The notes under the pieces: generated by a model
The model's input: only the letters and a program-made list of their open reading frames with translations
The model's database searches: none
Told to the model about the DNA's origin: nothing
Translations under genes and position numbers: made by a program
From: Anaeramoeba ignava BMAN
Taxonomy: Eukaryota > Protista > Anaeramoebae
DNA: 64,000 bases
Reading direction: 5' to 3'
NCBI GenBank assembly: GCA_028826165.1
Contig: JAPDFW010000111.1
Location: forward strand, 122,595 to 186,594
Shown: positions 16,601 through 28,900 of the stretch, piece after piece
Layout of the letters: every line of letters starts with the position of its first letter
Position numbering within the stretch: position 1 is the first letter of the stretch

Positions 16601-19600
16601 TTGTATTTGTATTTGTATTTGTATTTGTATTTGTATTTGTATTTGAAATTGAAATTGTATTTGATTTTGATTTTGATTTCAATTCTGATTTTGATTTTGA
16701 TTTCAATTCTGATTTTGATTTTGATTTCGATTCTGATTTTTTATCAGATTTGTCTGTTTTATTTTGTTTTGATCTTTTTTCTGATCTTAAATTTGAATTT
16801 AAATTTGAATTTGAATTTGTATTTGTATTTGTATTTGAATTTGTATTTGTATTTGTATTTGTATTTGTATTTGTATTTGTATTTGTATTTAAATTTGAAT
16901 TTGAATTTGAATTTGAATTTGAATTTGTATTTGTATTTGTATTTGAATTTGATTTTGTATTTGTATTTGAAATTGAAATTGTATTTGTATTTGTATTTGA
17001 ATTTGTATTTTGTATTTGTATTTGTATTTGAATTTGTATTTGTATTTGTATTTGTATTTGTATTTGAATTTGAATTTGAATTTGATTTTGAATTTGTATT
17101 TGTATTTGTATTTGTATTTAAATTTAAATTTGTATTTGTATTTGTATTTGTATTTGTATTTGTATTTGTATTTGTATTTGAATTTGTATTTGTATTTGTA
17201 TTTGTATTTGTATTTGAAATTGAAATTGTATTTGATTTTGATTTTGATTTTAATTTTGATTTTAATTTTGATTTCAATTCTGATTTTGATTTTGATTTTC
17301 TAATTCTGATTTTGATTTTGATTTTGATTTTTTTTCGATTTTAAATTTAAATGTTTATTTTGTTTTGATCTTTTTGAATTTAAATTTTTTTTTGATTTTG
17401 ATTTTGATTTTGATTTTGATTTTGAATTTGAATTTGAATTTGAATTTGAATTTAATTTTGTATTTGAGTTTGAATTTAAATTTGATTTTGATTTTGAATT
17501 TGAATTTGGATTTGAATTTGAATTTGAATTTGTATTTGTATTTGAAGTTAATTTTGAATTAGAATTTGAAGTTTTCATTGAAAGTGATGTTTTTAATTCT
17601 TTTGAAGATTTCGAAACCGATGATTGTGTATTTTTTAAATCTGGTGATGAACCTGAAACCATTTCATTTTGAGGTTGATTTGATTCAAATTGTTTTTTTT
17701 TAAATAAAGAAAGAGAAGACAATGGAAGTTTTCCTTCTTTTTCTTGTAATTTTACACCACATAACTTATTTTCAGAAATTTCTTGAATTTCAACGCAATC
17801 TCCTTTTTTCCATAAAATTTCTTTTTTAAAAGAATCTCTACAATCCTTTTTGACAATTCCAATAATTGCTTTCTGTTTAATTTTGTTGGTTAATGAATTA
17901 AGTTTTTTGCTTTTTTCTTTTTTATCATAAATATTTTTAAGTTCTTCATATAATTGAATTAAAGAAATTGGAATATTTCCTTCTTTTTCTTGAAATTTTA
18001 TTTGAAAATAGTTTTTATCTTCTTTAATAATTTCAACATATTCTCCTTTTTTTAATGAAATTTCTTTTTCATTATTTGTTGTATAATCTGAATTAGCAAT
18101 TCCAATAACTTTTTTTTTTGGAATTTTTCGAGGTGAAACATCCTAAAATTGAAAATGATGAAAAATATATAATTTTTCAATTCTTTCGATTTAATTTTTA
18201 AATTTTTGGAAATATTTACATATGAGTTAATAAGAAATGGATGTCTTTCTAATTCTTCTCTTGAAATTCTTTCATTTGGATTAACAGTTAATAGTTTTTC
18301 AACTAAATCATTACATTCTTTTGGATATTTTTGCTAAAAATTTATTTGATAAATTAAATTTATTATTTAAATTCATTTTATTTATTTATATTTATTTATT
18401 ACTAAAAATTCTTCTGGAAGACTTTTAAATCTAATTTTTTTTAATTCTTGTTTTAAATCCTCCAAGAAAAATATTTTAAAAGCAGCATTTCCTGTTAACA
18501 TTTCATATAAAATTGTACCTAATGTCCATAAGTCACTTTTATTTGAATAACCTTCATGAAATAAAACCTAATTTTAATTTTTTATCCGATTTTAATTTTA
18601 ATTTTAATTTTAATTTTAATTTTAATTTTGATTTTAATTTTAATTTTTATTTTAATTTTAATTTTAATTTTGAATTTTAATTTTAATTTTAATTTTAATT
18701 TTAATTTTAATTTTAATTTTAATTTTAATTTTAATTTTGATTTTAATTTTAATTTTAATTTTAATTTTAATTTTAATTTTAATTTTTAATTTTAATTTTA
18801 ATTATAATTTTTATCCGATTTTAATTTTAATTTTGATTTTAATTTTAATTTTAATTTTAATTTTAATTTTAATTTTAATTTTAATTTTAATTTTAATTTT
18901 GAATTTTAATTATAATTTTTATCCGATTTTTAATTTTAATTTTGATTTTATTTTAATTTTAATTTTAATTTTAATTTTTAATTTTAATTTTTAATTTTAA
19001 ATTTAAATTTAAATTTAAATTTTAATTTTAATTTTTAATTTTAATTTTAATTTTTAATTTTAATTTTAATTTAAATTTAAATTTAAATTTTAATTTAAAT
19101 TTTAATTTTAATTTACAATTTTAATTTTAAATTTTAATATTAATTTTAATTTTATTTTTAATTTTAATTTAATTTTTAATTTTTATTTTTAATTTTAATT
19201 TTAATTTTAATTTTAATTTTAATTTTAATTTTAATTTTGATTTTGATTTTGATTTTAATTTTAATTTTTATTTTAATTTTAATTTAAATTTTAATTTTAA
19301 TTTTTATTTTAATTTTAATTTTAATTTTAATTTTTAATTTTAATTTTAATTTTAAATTTTTAATTTTAATTTTAATTTTAATTTTAATTTTAATTTTAAT
19401 TTTAATTTTAAATTTTAATTTAAATTTTAATTTTAATTTTAAATTTAATTTTAATTTTTATCCGATTTTAATTTTAATTTTAATTTTAATTTTTATTTTA
19501 ATTTTAATTTTAATTTTTAATTTTAATTTTAATTTTAATTTTAATTTTAATTTTAATTTTAATTTTAATTTTAATTTTAATTTTAATTTTAATTTTAATT

Positions 19601-21194
19601 TTAATTTGATTTTGATTTTGATTTTGATTTTGATTTTAATTTTAATTTTAATTTTAATTTTAATTTTAATTTTAATTTTTAATTTTTAATTTTAATTTTT
19701 AATTTTAAATTTTAAATTTAATTTTGATTTTAATTTTAATTTTAAATTTTAATTTTAATTTTAATTTTAATTTTAATTTTAAATTTTAATTTTGATTTTA
19801 ATTATAATTTTAATTTAAATTTTAATTTTGATTTTAATTTTAATTTTAATTTTAATTTTAAATTTAATTTTATAAATGAATTTTAATTTTGATTTTAATT
19901 TTAATTTAAATTTTGGATTTACTTCAGGCGCCATATATAAAGGTGTTTTATCTATTGATGCTAATTGAGGTGATTGCTTAATTTCTTCTTCTGGAATTTT
20001 TGAAAATCCAAAAACACATAATTTTATTGTATAATCAATTTTGTATTTTGGACTTTCTTTAAGTAAAATATTGTCAAGTTTTAAATCACGATGAGGAATC
20101 TTTTTATCATATAAATATTTCAAAACTCTCACTAAGAAAAAAAAATGAAAATAAATATTTTTTGAATTTGATTTAAATTGAATTTAAGATTATTTTCTAA
20201 ATTGAATTTGGAATTATTTTTCCGTTTTTTGATTTAAATTGAAATTAAAATTAAAATTAAAATTAAAATTAAAATTAAAATTAAAATTATTTTTCCGTTT
20301 TTTGAATTAAATTGAATTTAAAATTATTTTCTAAATTGAATTTGGAATTATTTTTCCGTTTTTTGATTTAAATTGAATTAAATTTATTTTTCCGTTTTTT
20401 GATTTAAATTGAAATTAAAATTATTTTTCCGTTTTTTGGTTTTTGATTTAAATTGAATTTAAATTTATTTTTCCGTTTTTTGATTTTTGATTTAAATTGA
20501 ATTAAATTTATTTTTCCGTTTTTTGATTTAAATTGAATTTAAATTTATTTTTCCGTTTTTTGATTTAAATTGAATTAAATTTATTTTTCCGTTTTTTGAA
20601 TTAAATTGAATTTAAAATTATTTTTCCGTTTTTTGAATTAAATTGAATTAAATTTATTTTTCCGTTTTTTGATTTTTGAATTAAATTGAATTAAATTTAT
20701 TTTTCCGTTTTTTTGATTTTTGATTTAAATTGAAATTAAATTTAAAAATAAATACTTATTTGAGAAATAAATCCTTGAATTTCTGGAAGTAAAAGAAGTT
20801 TTTTTTCTTGTTTTCTTTCTTCTAATAATTTTCTTAAACTCAAATGACAATATTCAAAAATAAGATAAACTTCCTTAACATTTTCCTATTTATTATTTTT
20901 TATTATTTTTTATTTATTTTATTATTTTTATTTTTATTTTTTTTGAATTAATAAAAATACATCTTCATAATTTTCAGGTTCACAAGCAATTAACTCAATT
21001 ATATTTTTATCTTTTATGTTTTCTAAAATTTTAATTGTTTGTCTCATTTCTGCTTTTATTGTATCATTTAAATCAAATCTTTTGATCAAACATTTATTTT
21101 CTTCTAAATATTTTCCTGAAGAAATTTGGTAAGAATATTTATTTGTGCCTTCTTTATCAAATTTGAATTTTTTTGGTTTAAAATTTTGTAACAT
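13622..21194 (-). CDS. Pseudokinase-SH3-SH3-[giant low-complexity linker]-SH3 (copy C)
   Basis: Same intron positions as copies A and B. The kinase lacks GxGxxG and has DFG replaced by VFG (IKLCVFGFSK), while HRDLKLDN and TPLYMAPE are kept. SH3-1/2 lie at about 17720-18110 and the low-complexity tract at about 13900-17600. The terminal SH3 (13622-13800) is nearly identical to those of A and B. A few frameshifts fall within the repeat tract. Confidence 0.8.
13920..17580 (-). repeat. Coding microsatellite mosaic: (SK)n, (NT)n, (NS)n, (NQ)n, (SQ)n, 11x KHHS
   Basis: Hexamer repeats TTAGAT/TTTGAT/TTTGTA and the 12-mer GAATGATGTTTT x11 (14680-14811); ORF 13965-16706. Confidence 0.9.
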
Positions 21195-21329
21195 TTAAAT
21201 TTCGAAAAAAATAAAAAAATGAAAAAAAATGAAAAAAAAATATTTTGAAGTTTTTTTTTGTTTTCATTTTTTTTCCTTTTTATTCTTTTTTAATTAAAAA
21301 TTAAAAATTAAAAATTAAAAATTAAAATT
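21195..21329. promoter_or_regulatory. 135-bp bidirectional promoter between pseudokinase-SH3 (-) and BTB-TLDc (+)
   Basis: Head-to-head ATGs at 21194 and 21330, with AAAATGAAAA x2 (minus-strand Inr-like) and TTTTCATTTT (plus-strand). Confidence 0.6.
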
Positions 21330-22898
21330 ATGGAAATTTATGAAAATTATCAAAAATTTTCAAATGATTTAAAAAATTTATTAAATTCAAATGATAATTT
21401 TAGTGATTTTCAAATAGTTTGTAGATCAATAATTTCTAATAAAGAAACTTTATTTAATTGTCATAAATCAATTCTTTCAGCAAGAAGTGATTATTTCAAA
21501 TCAATGTTTAATTCAAAAATGAAAGAGTTTCATGAAGGAAAACTAATTTTGACTGATGCTTCTCAAGGAATTGTCTCAGAAATTATTAACTATTTTTATA
21601 CTGGAAAAATTCAATTAACATCAAATAATGCAATTGAGATTTTGATTTTCTCTTCAAAATATTTAATTGATGAACTTATTCAAGTTTCTTCAGATTTTGT
21701 CAAAAAATATTGTTCAATCGAAAATGTTGTTGAAATTTTCAAAATGGCAGAAGTTTTCAATTTGGAAGATTTGCATAATTTTTGTTACCAATTTATTCTT
21801 GATAAATTACCGATTTTATTAAAATCTTCATATTTTCAAAATTTCGAAGAAAATCACATTGAAAAATTATTATTGAATGACAATCTTAATGTGAGAGAAT
21901 TTGATTTATTTCAAGCATTAATTCATTGGGCAAAATATAAAAATAACATTCCAAATGAAAATATAAATGGAAATGAAAATTTAAATGGAAATAAAAATTT
22001 AAATGGAAATCAAAATTTAAATGAAAATCAAAATTTAAATGGAAATCAAAATTTAAATGAAAATCAAAAGGAAATGATTCAAGACACAATTTCAAATCTT
22101 GTTGATAAAATTCGTTTTATTGATTTCTCTCATAATGAACTTGAACAAACTTTGAACTCCAATTTAATTCCAAACAAAGTTTCAAGAATCATCCAAAAAT
22201 TCCATTCATTTTCTTCTTGTATTAAAAAAGAATTTTATGCAAATTTTCTCAAAAGATTACATGATGAAGAAAAAGAGGCAAATTTATTAAACTCATTAAT
22301 TTTTCATTCAAGATTTCCTTTCAAATCCGAAATTGTGACAGAAAGAACACATTTTGAATATTTACAAGAATGGATCAATGATAACGATTTATTCAAATCA
22401 CTCAAATTAGGATTTTCAACAAAATCAAATGGATTTTCAAGTGCAATTTTCCATCAAAGATGCGATGATAAAGGACCCACTCTTGTATTAATAAAATCTA
22501 AAAACGGATATATTTTTGGAGGATTTACAAAAGTTGGATTTAAACCAGGAAATCCCGGAAAAATTTATGATAATTCTGCATTCATTTTCACATTGAAAAA
22601 TCCATCAAGTTATCCTTGTACAAAATTCCCAATTCAACATCAAAAGGGAAAATACGCTTTATTTTCAATAAGCAAAAAGGGTCCTTGTTTTGGAGGAGGT
22701 TATAACGATCTTCCACTTGGTTGGGATGGTGTTTGTGATATTGATATTTCTTCTCCTGATCTTAAAAAAGGAAAAACTGATATTGGATTTGTTTATGAAC
22801 TTCCTGTTTGGTTTACAAGAGGAACTAGTGAAATACAAGGATTTTTTACTGGATCTTTTGAATTTGAAATTGAAGAAATTGAAGTTTTTATTAAATAA
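21330..22898 (+). CDS. BTB/POZ-BACK-TLDc protein, intronless
   Basis: BTB: FSDFQIVC...CHKSILSARSDYFKSMF...YFYTGKI. BACK: LLLNDNLNVREFDLFQALIHW. TLDc: FHQRCDDKGPTLVLIKSKNGYIFGGFT...AFIFTL...GPCFGGG...IEEIEVF. Confidence 0.92.
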   Translation: MEIYENYQKFSNDLKNLLNSNDNFSDFQIVCRSIISNKETLFNCHKSILSARSDYFKSMFNSKMKEFHEGKLILTDASQGIVSEIINYFYTGKIQLTSNNAIEILIFSSKYLIDELIQVSSDFVKKYCSIENVVEIFKMAEVFNLEDLHNFCYQFILDKLPILLKSSYFQNFEENHIEKLLLNDNLNVREFDLFQALIHWAKYKNNIPNENINGNENLNGNKNLNGNQNLNENQNLNGNQNLNENQKEMIQDTISNLVDKIRFIDFSHNELEQTLNSNLIPNKVSRIIQKFHSFSSCIKKEFYANFLKRLHDEEKEANLLNSLIFHSRFPFKSEIVTERTHFEYLQEWINDNDLFKSLKLGFSTKSNGFSSAIFHQRCDDKGPTLVLIKSKNGYIFGGFTKVGFKPGNPGKIYDNSAFIFTLKNPSSYPCTKFPIQHQKGKYALFSISKKGPCFGGGYNDLPLGWDGVCDIDISSPDLKKGKTDIGFVYELPVWFTRGTSEIQGFFTGSFEFEIEEIEVFIK

Positions 22899-22959
22899 AA
22901 AAATTTTTTCATTTTTTTCATTTTCATTTTTTTCATTTAAAAAAAAAGCAAAAAAAAAA

Positions 22960-25900
22960 ATGAATGAAACAATTTATTCATTAAAAAGTTTATATGATTT
23001 ATCAAAATCTCAATTAGAACAATTACTTGTTAAGGAATTTTTTGCTTATCAAGAATTAATTAACCAAATTTCAAAAAATCAACCAGATTTTAAACTATTT
23101 TGTGGAAAAAACAAAATCCAAATTGATTGTCATGAGTTTGTTTTACGTTTAAGAGCTCCATTTTTATTTCTTCAAGACGATATAAATGAAAATAAGCAAT
23201 TCGATTTCACTGAATTTGAAGTTGAAACTGTCGATTTAATTGTTAAATTTATTTACACTGGCACAATTGAATTTGAAAAGGAATCATTTGAAAAAATTTG
23301 GAAACTTGCAAATCAAATTGGATTGAAAACATTGAAAATTAAAATGGAAAAGGAAATTCAGGAAATTATTGATAAATCAAATGCAATCAAATATTATCTA
23401 TTAACCAAAAATATTGGTTCAATTTTTCTTTATCGTTTTTGTGAAAGTATTATTATTGAAAATCTTGAAGAATTATTTAATCAAAACGCATTTTCCAAAT
23501 TAAATCAAGAAGAAATTATTCAAATCATTTCAATGATTGAGTCAAGAATAAAAGGAAGAAATAAAATCCAAATTATTTTAAAGATAATTGAAGATTGGGG
23601 GAAAACAATTGATGAAAAACAAGAAAATTCTGAATTATCTCAAGTGAATATTGATAGTGATAATTCTCAACAAAATAATTCAGAAAACATTTTTTCAAGA
23701 AAAATTCTCTTTGATACAATTCATCAAATTCAAGAAATGAAACAAGTTTCCAAAACTCAATTTGAAACTATTCAAGATCATTCATTTTTACCTTTAGGAA
23801 TTATTGTTCAAATATTTAATCATAAACTGAAGGAACTTAATCATTTAATTTATGAAAAGGAAAAAGATATTGAATTAAGAGAAAATTTAATGGAAATGAA
23901 AATGAAGAAAATGCAAGAAGAGCAAACAATTTTAATTGAAAAACCGAAAGAAGAAGAAAAACTGAAAGAAGATGAAAAATATTTTAATTGAAAAACCGAA
24001 AGAAGATGAAAAACTGAAAGAAGATGAAAAAAATATTTTAACTGAAAAACCGAAAGAAGAAGAAAAACCAATTTTAATTGAAAAACCGAAAGAAGAAGAA
24101 AAAACAATTTTAATTGAAAAACCGAAAGAAGATGAAAAAAATATTTTAATTGAAAAACCGAAAGAAGATGAAAAAAATATTTTAATTGAAAATCAATTTG
24201 AAATTCAACTTGATCCAGAATCTGAAACAGATACTGACGAAGATTATGAAGCTGAAATTGAAGATTATGAACCAGAAAGAAAAGCTGAATTTCTTTTACA
24301 AACAAACAGAGTTCGGAATGAAAAGAAAATTAAAAGTGAATTATAAATCAAAAAAAAAAAAAAACAAACACAAATTAAAGAAAAAAGTTTTTCTTTATTA
24401 ATTTTTAATTTGTTTCAAAAAGTTCATAAATCACAAAAAGAAACAAAACAAATTATTGCACTTCAAGATGTAATTAATTGGATGGAAGAATATCAAGAAA
24501 ATGTAAGTATTCAAGCCAATGGTTCGTTTTTTTTAAGAATATATGCTGGTTCAAATGAGAGTAAATATTATTTTCAATTAAAAAATAGCGTAAAACAAAA
24601 ATAACGTAAAACAAAAATAACGTAAAACAAAAATAACATAAAACAAAAATAAGAGGAACAAATTGAACTTAGAAAAAGAAAAGGAAGTGAAATTGCAGAT
24701 GAACAAGGAATAGATGTATTAATAAATGCAATGAATAATTTTCCAGATAATGATTTTATTCAATTAAATGCTATTTGGACTTTTATTAATGTTGCACTTG
24801 AAGATGGTATTTTTAAATTTGAAAAATATTCAAAAATATTTTATTTATTCCACTTTTTATTTTTTTTATTCCACTTTTTATTTTATTTTATTTAAAAAAT
24901 ATTTTATTTATTCCACTTTATATTTATATTTATTCCACTTTTTATTTTATTCCACAAATATTTTATTCCACTTTATATTTTATTTAAAAAATATTTTATT
25001 CCACTTTTTATTTTATTATTTTATTCCACTTTATATTTATATTTAAAATTTATTTTATTCCACTTTTTATTTTATTCCACTTTATATTTTATTTAAAAAA
25101 TATTTTATTTTAAAAATATTTTATTATTTTAATTTTATTTAAAAAATTAGTTAATAAAATGCAAATTGTTATTTTGGGTGGAATTGAAGCAATAATTAAT
25201 GCAATGAATAAATTTAAAGAAAATAGTGCTATTCAAGAAAAAGGATGTCGTTCTTTAATAAATCTTGCTTCTGGTTATGAAGGTATTAAATTTATTAAAT
25301 TTATTAAATTTATTAAAAAAAATATCTATTTATGAATTAATAAACCAATTAAAGAAAATCGAGAAAAAATTTCTTCTTTACATGGAATTGAAACAATAAT
25401 TCAAGCAATGAGTAGATTTGAAGATAATCAAAATATTCAATTATTTGGTTGTTGGAGTTTAGGTAGTTTAGCTGGTAAGAATTTATTCCAAAAAATAAAT
25501 AAGTTATAATTGAAGAAGAAGAAATATTAATATTTTCTTTAAAAAACAAACAAAATAATTAGAAAATGTTGAAAATAAATTTGAAATTCAAAGATTAAAA
25601 GGGATTGATTTGATAATTAATGCAATGAATAAATTTGTAATTGATCAAGAAATTCAAGAGAAAGGATGTGCTGCTTTAAGTAATATTGCAATTATTGAAG
25701 GTAATTTAAAAATGATCCAAAAAAAAATGATCCAAAAAAAAATAATCAATTTTATTCTCTTATTTAATAATAAATAAAAGATAACAAAATCAAAATTCAA
25801 CTTTTGGGTGGAATTAATACAATAATTAATTCAATGACTAATTTTCCTGATGCTCAAATTCTTCAATTATATGGATGTTGGGCTTTGAATAATCTTTCAG

Positions 25901-28900
25901 TTATTGATTGTAAAATAATTATTCATAAAAACCAAATCAAATCAAATCAAATCAAATCAAATTAAATCAAATTCAAATCAAATCAAATCAAATCAAATTA
26001 AATTAAATCAAATCAAATTAAATTAAATCAAATTAAATCAAATCCAAATCAAATCCAAATTAAATCAAATCAAATCAAATCAAATCAAATTAAATCCAAA
26101 TTAAAATTAAATCAAATCAAATCAAATCAAATTAAAATCAAAATTAAATTAAATCAAAATTTCAAATCAAAATCAAATCAAATCAAATCAAAATCAAATC
26201 CAAATTAAAATTAAATCAAATCAAATTAAATCCAAATCAAATCAAATCCAAATCAAATCAAATTAAATTAAATCAAATTAAATTAAATCAAATTAAAAAT
26301 TCAAAATCAAATCAAAATCAAATTAAATAAATCAAATCAAATCAAATCAAATCAAAATTAAAAATCAAATCAAAATTAAATCAAATCAAATCAAATCAAA
26401 TCAAATTAAATCCAAATCAACCAAATCAAATTAAATCAAATTAAATCAAATCAAATTAAATTAAATCAAATCCAAAATTCAAATCAAATCAAATCAAATC
26501 AAATTAAATTAAATCCAAATTAAAATCAAATCAAATCAAAATCAAACTCAAATCAAATCAAATCCAAATCAAATCAAATCAAATCAAATCAAATCAAATT
26601 AAAAATTAAACTAAAATCAAATTAAATTAAATCAAATTAAAAAATTAAATCAAATTAAATCAAATTAAATAAATTAAATCAAATCCAAAAATCAAATCAA
26701 AATTAAACTAAATTAAATCAAATCAAATTAAATCAAATCAAATTAAATCAAATTAAATTAAATTCAAATAAATTAAAATCAAATTAAATTAAATTAAATT
26801 AAATTAAATTAAATTAAATTCAAATCAAAATTAAATAAATCAAATCAAATTAAATCAAAATTAAACTAAAAAATCAAAATCAAATCAAAATTCAAATTAA
26901 ATCAAATTAAATTAAATCAAAATCCAAATCAAATCAAATCAAATTAAATTAAACTAAATTAAATCAAATAAATCAAATCAAATCAAATCAAACTCAAATT
27001 AAATTAAATTAAAATTAAATCAAAAAAAATCAAATAAATCCAAAATCAAATTAAAAAAAAAATCAAATCAAATCAAATCAAATTAAATCAAATCAAATTA
27101 AACCAAATTAAATCAAATTAAATTAAATCAAATTAAATCAAATCAAATCAAATCAAATCAAATCCAAATTAAATTAAATTAAATTAAATCCAAATTAAAT
27201 TAAATTAAATTAAATTAAATCAAATTAAATTAAATTAAATCCAAATCAAATCCAATTAAATCAAATTAAATTAAATCAAATCAAATCAAATTAAATCAAA
27301 TCCAAATTAAATCAAATTAAATTAAATCAAATCCAAATCAAATCCAAATTCAATCCAAATCAAATCAAATCAATTGATTTTTATTCAAATTTTTCTGATT
27401 TTATTAGCAAATCAAACTAAAATTGGAGAAACAAATGGAATTGAAGTTATTCTTAAAGCAATGAATAATTTCCCAGCTGTTCAATTAATTCAAAAACATG
27501 GATGTTGGGCTTTAAGCAATCTCACAATTAAACAAAGTTAATTCAAAAAAAAAAATCAATTTAAATAAATTAAATTTAATTAAATCAAATAAAATTTTAG
27601 AAAATGGATTCAAATTGAGAGAATTACATGGAATTGAAGCTATTGCAGCAGCAATGGATAATTTTTTGGATAATGAAGATATTCAAAAACATGGATGTTG
27701 GACTTTAACTAATCTTTCAATGGAATCAGGTAATAAATAATAAATCAAAACAATTTTAAATTAAATCAAAAAATAAATTAAAACAAATTTAAATTAAATC
27801 AAATTAAATAGAAAATTTATCGGAAATTAGAACTCAACAAGGAATTTATCCAATTATTAGAGCAATGAATTTCTTTCTTGGAAATGAAGAAATTCAAATA
27901 AAAGGATGTTGGGCTTTAAATAGTCTTGCTTCATTAACAGGTAATAAATAAATCAAAAAGGAAAAGTGGATTAATTAATAAATTGATTTTTTTTTAAATT
28001 GAATTCCTTATTTTTTTTTGTTAGAAAATGGTGCTGAAATTGGGAAATTACATGGAATTGAATCAATTATTCAAGCAATGTCTTTTTTTCCAACAAGTAA
28101 AGATGTTCAGCAAGAAGGATGTTGTGCTTTAAATGCACTTACAAAAAGCAAGAGTAAATTATATTTAATCCGAATATTTAATCCAAATATTTAATCCAAA
28201 TATTTAATCCAAATATTTAATCCAAATATTTAATTTATATTTAATTTATATTTAATCCAAATATTTAATTCAAATATTTAATTTATATTTAATTCAAATA
28301 TTTAATTTATATTTAATCCAAATATTTAATTTATATTTAATCCAAATATTTAATTTATATTTAATCCAAATATTTAATTTAAATATTTAATTCAAATATT
28401 TAATCCAAATATTTAATTCAAATATTTAATCCAAATATTTAATTTAAATTTAATTCAAATATTTAATCCAAATATTTAATTTATATTTTTAATTCAAATA
28501 TTTAATCCAAATATTTAATTTATATTTAATTTTTATATTTATATTTAATTTATATTTAATCCAAATATTCAAATATTTAATTTATATTTAATCCAAATAT
28601 TTAATTCAAATATTTATATTTAATTCCCAAATATTTAATTTATATTTAATTTATATTTAATCCAAATATTTAATTTATTCAAATATTTAATTTATATTTA
28701 ATTCCCATATTTAATTTTTATTTTAATTCGAATATTTAATTTATATTTAATTCAAATATTTACATATTTAATTTATATTTAATTCGAATATTTAATTTAT
28801 ATTTTAATTCAAATATTTAATTTATATTTAATCCAAATATTTAATTTATATTTAAATATTTTTTAATTCAAATATTTAATCCAAATATTTAATTCAAATA

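Noticed and set aside
14690-17562. Plus-strand ORFs of (DF)n, (LY)n, (FV)n, (LNDV)n
   Set aside because: These are antisense or alternate-frame shadows of the coding microsatellite in kinase-SH3 copy C.
18737-18994. (IL)n/(NF)n ORFs here and at 48067-48333, 7748-8079, 4219-4494, 10992-11270
   Set aside because: Stop-free readings of hexamer repeats in introns, or antisense to real exons.
22690-22959. N-terminal extension of the BTB-ARM ORF overlapping the upstream gene
   Set aside because: It begins at a TTG inside the upstream CDS; Inr-like motifs and an A-rich context point to ATG 22960.
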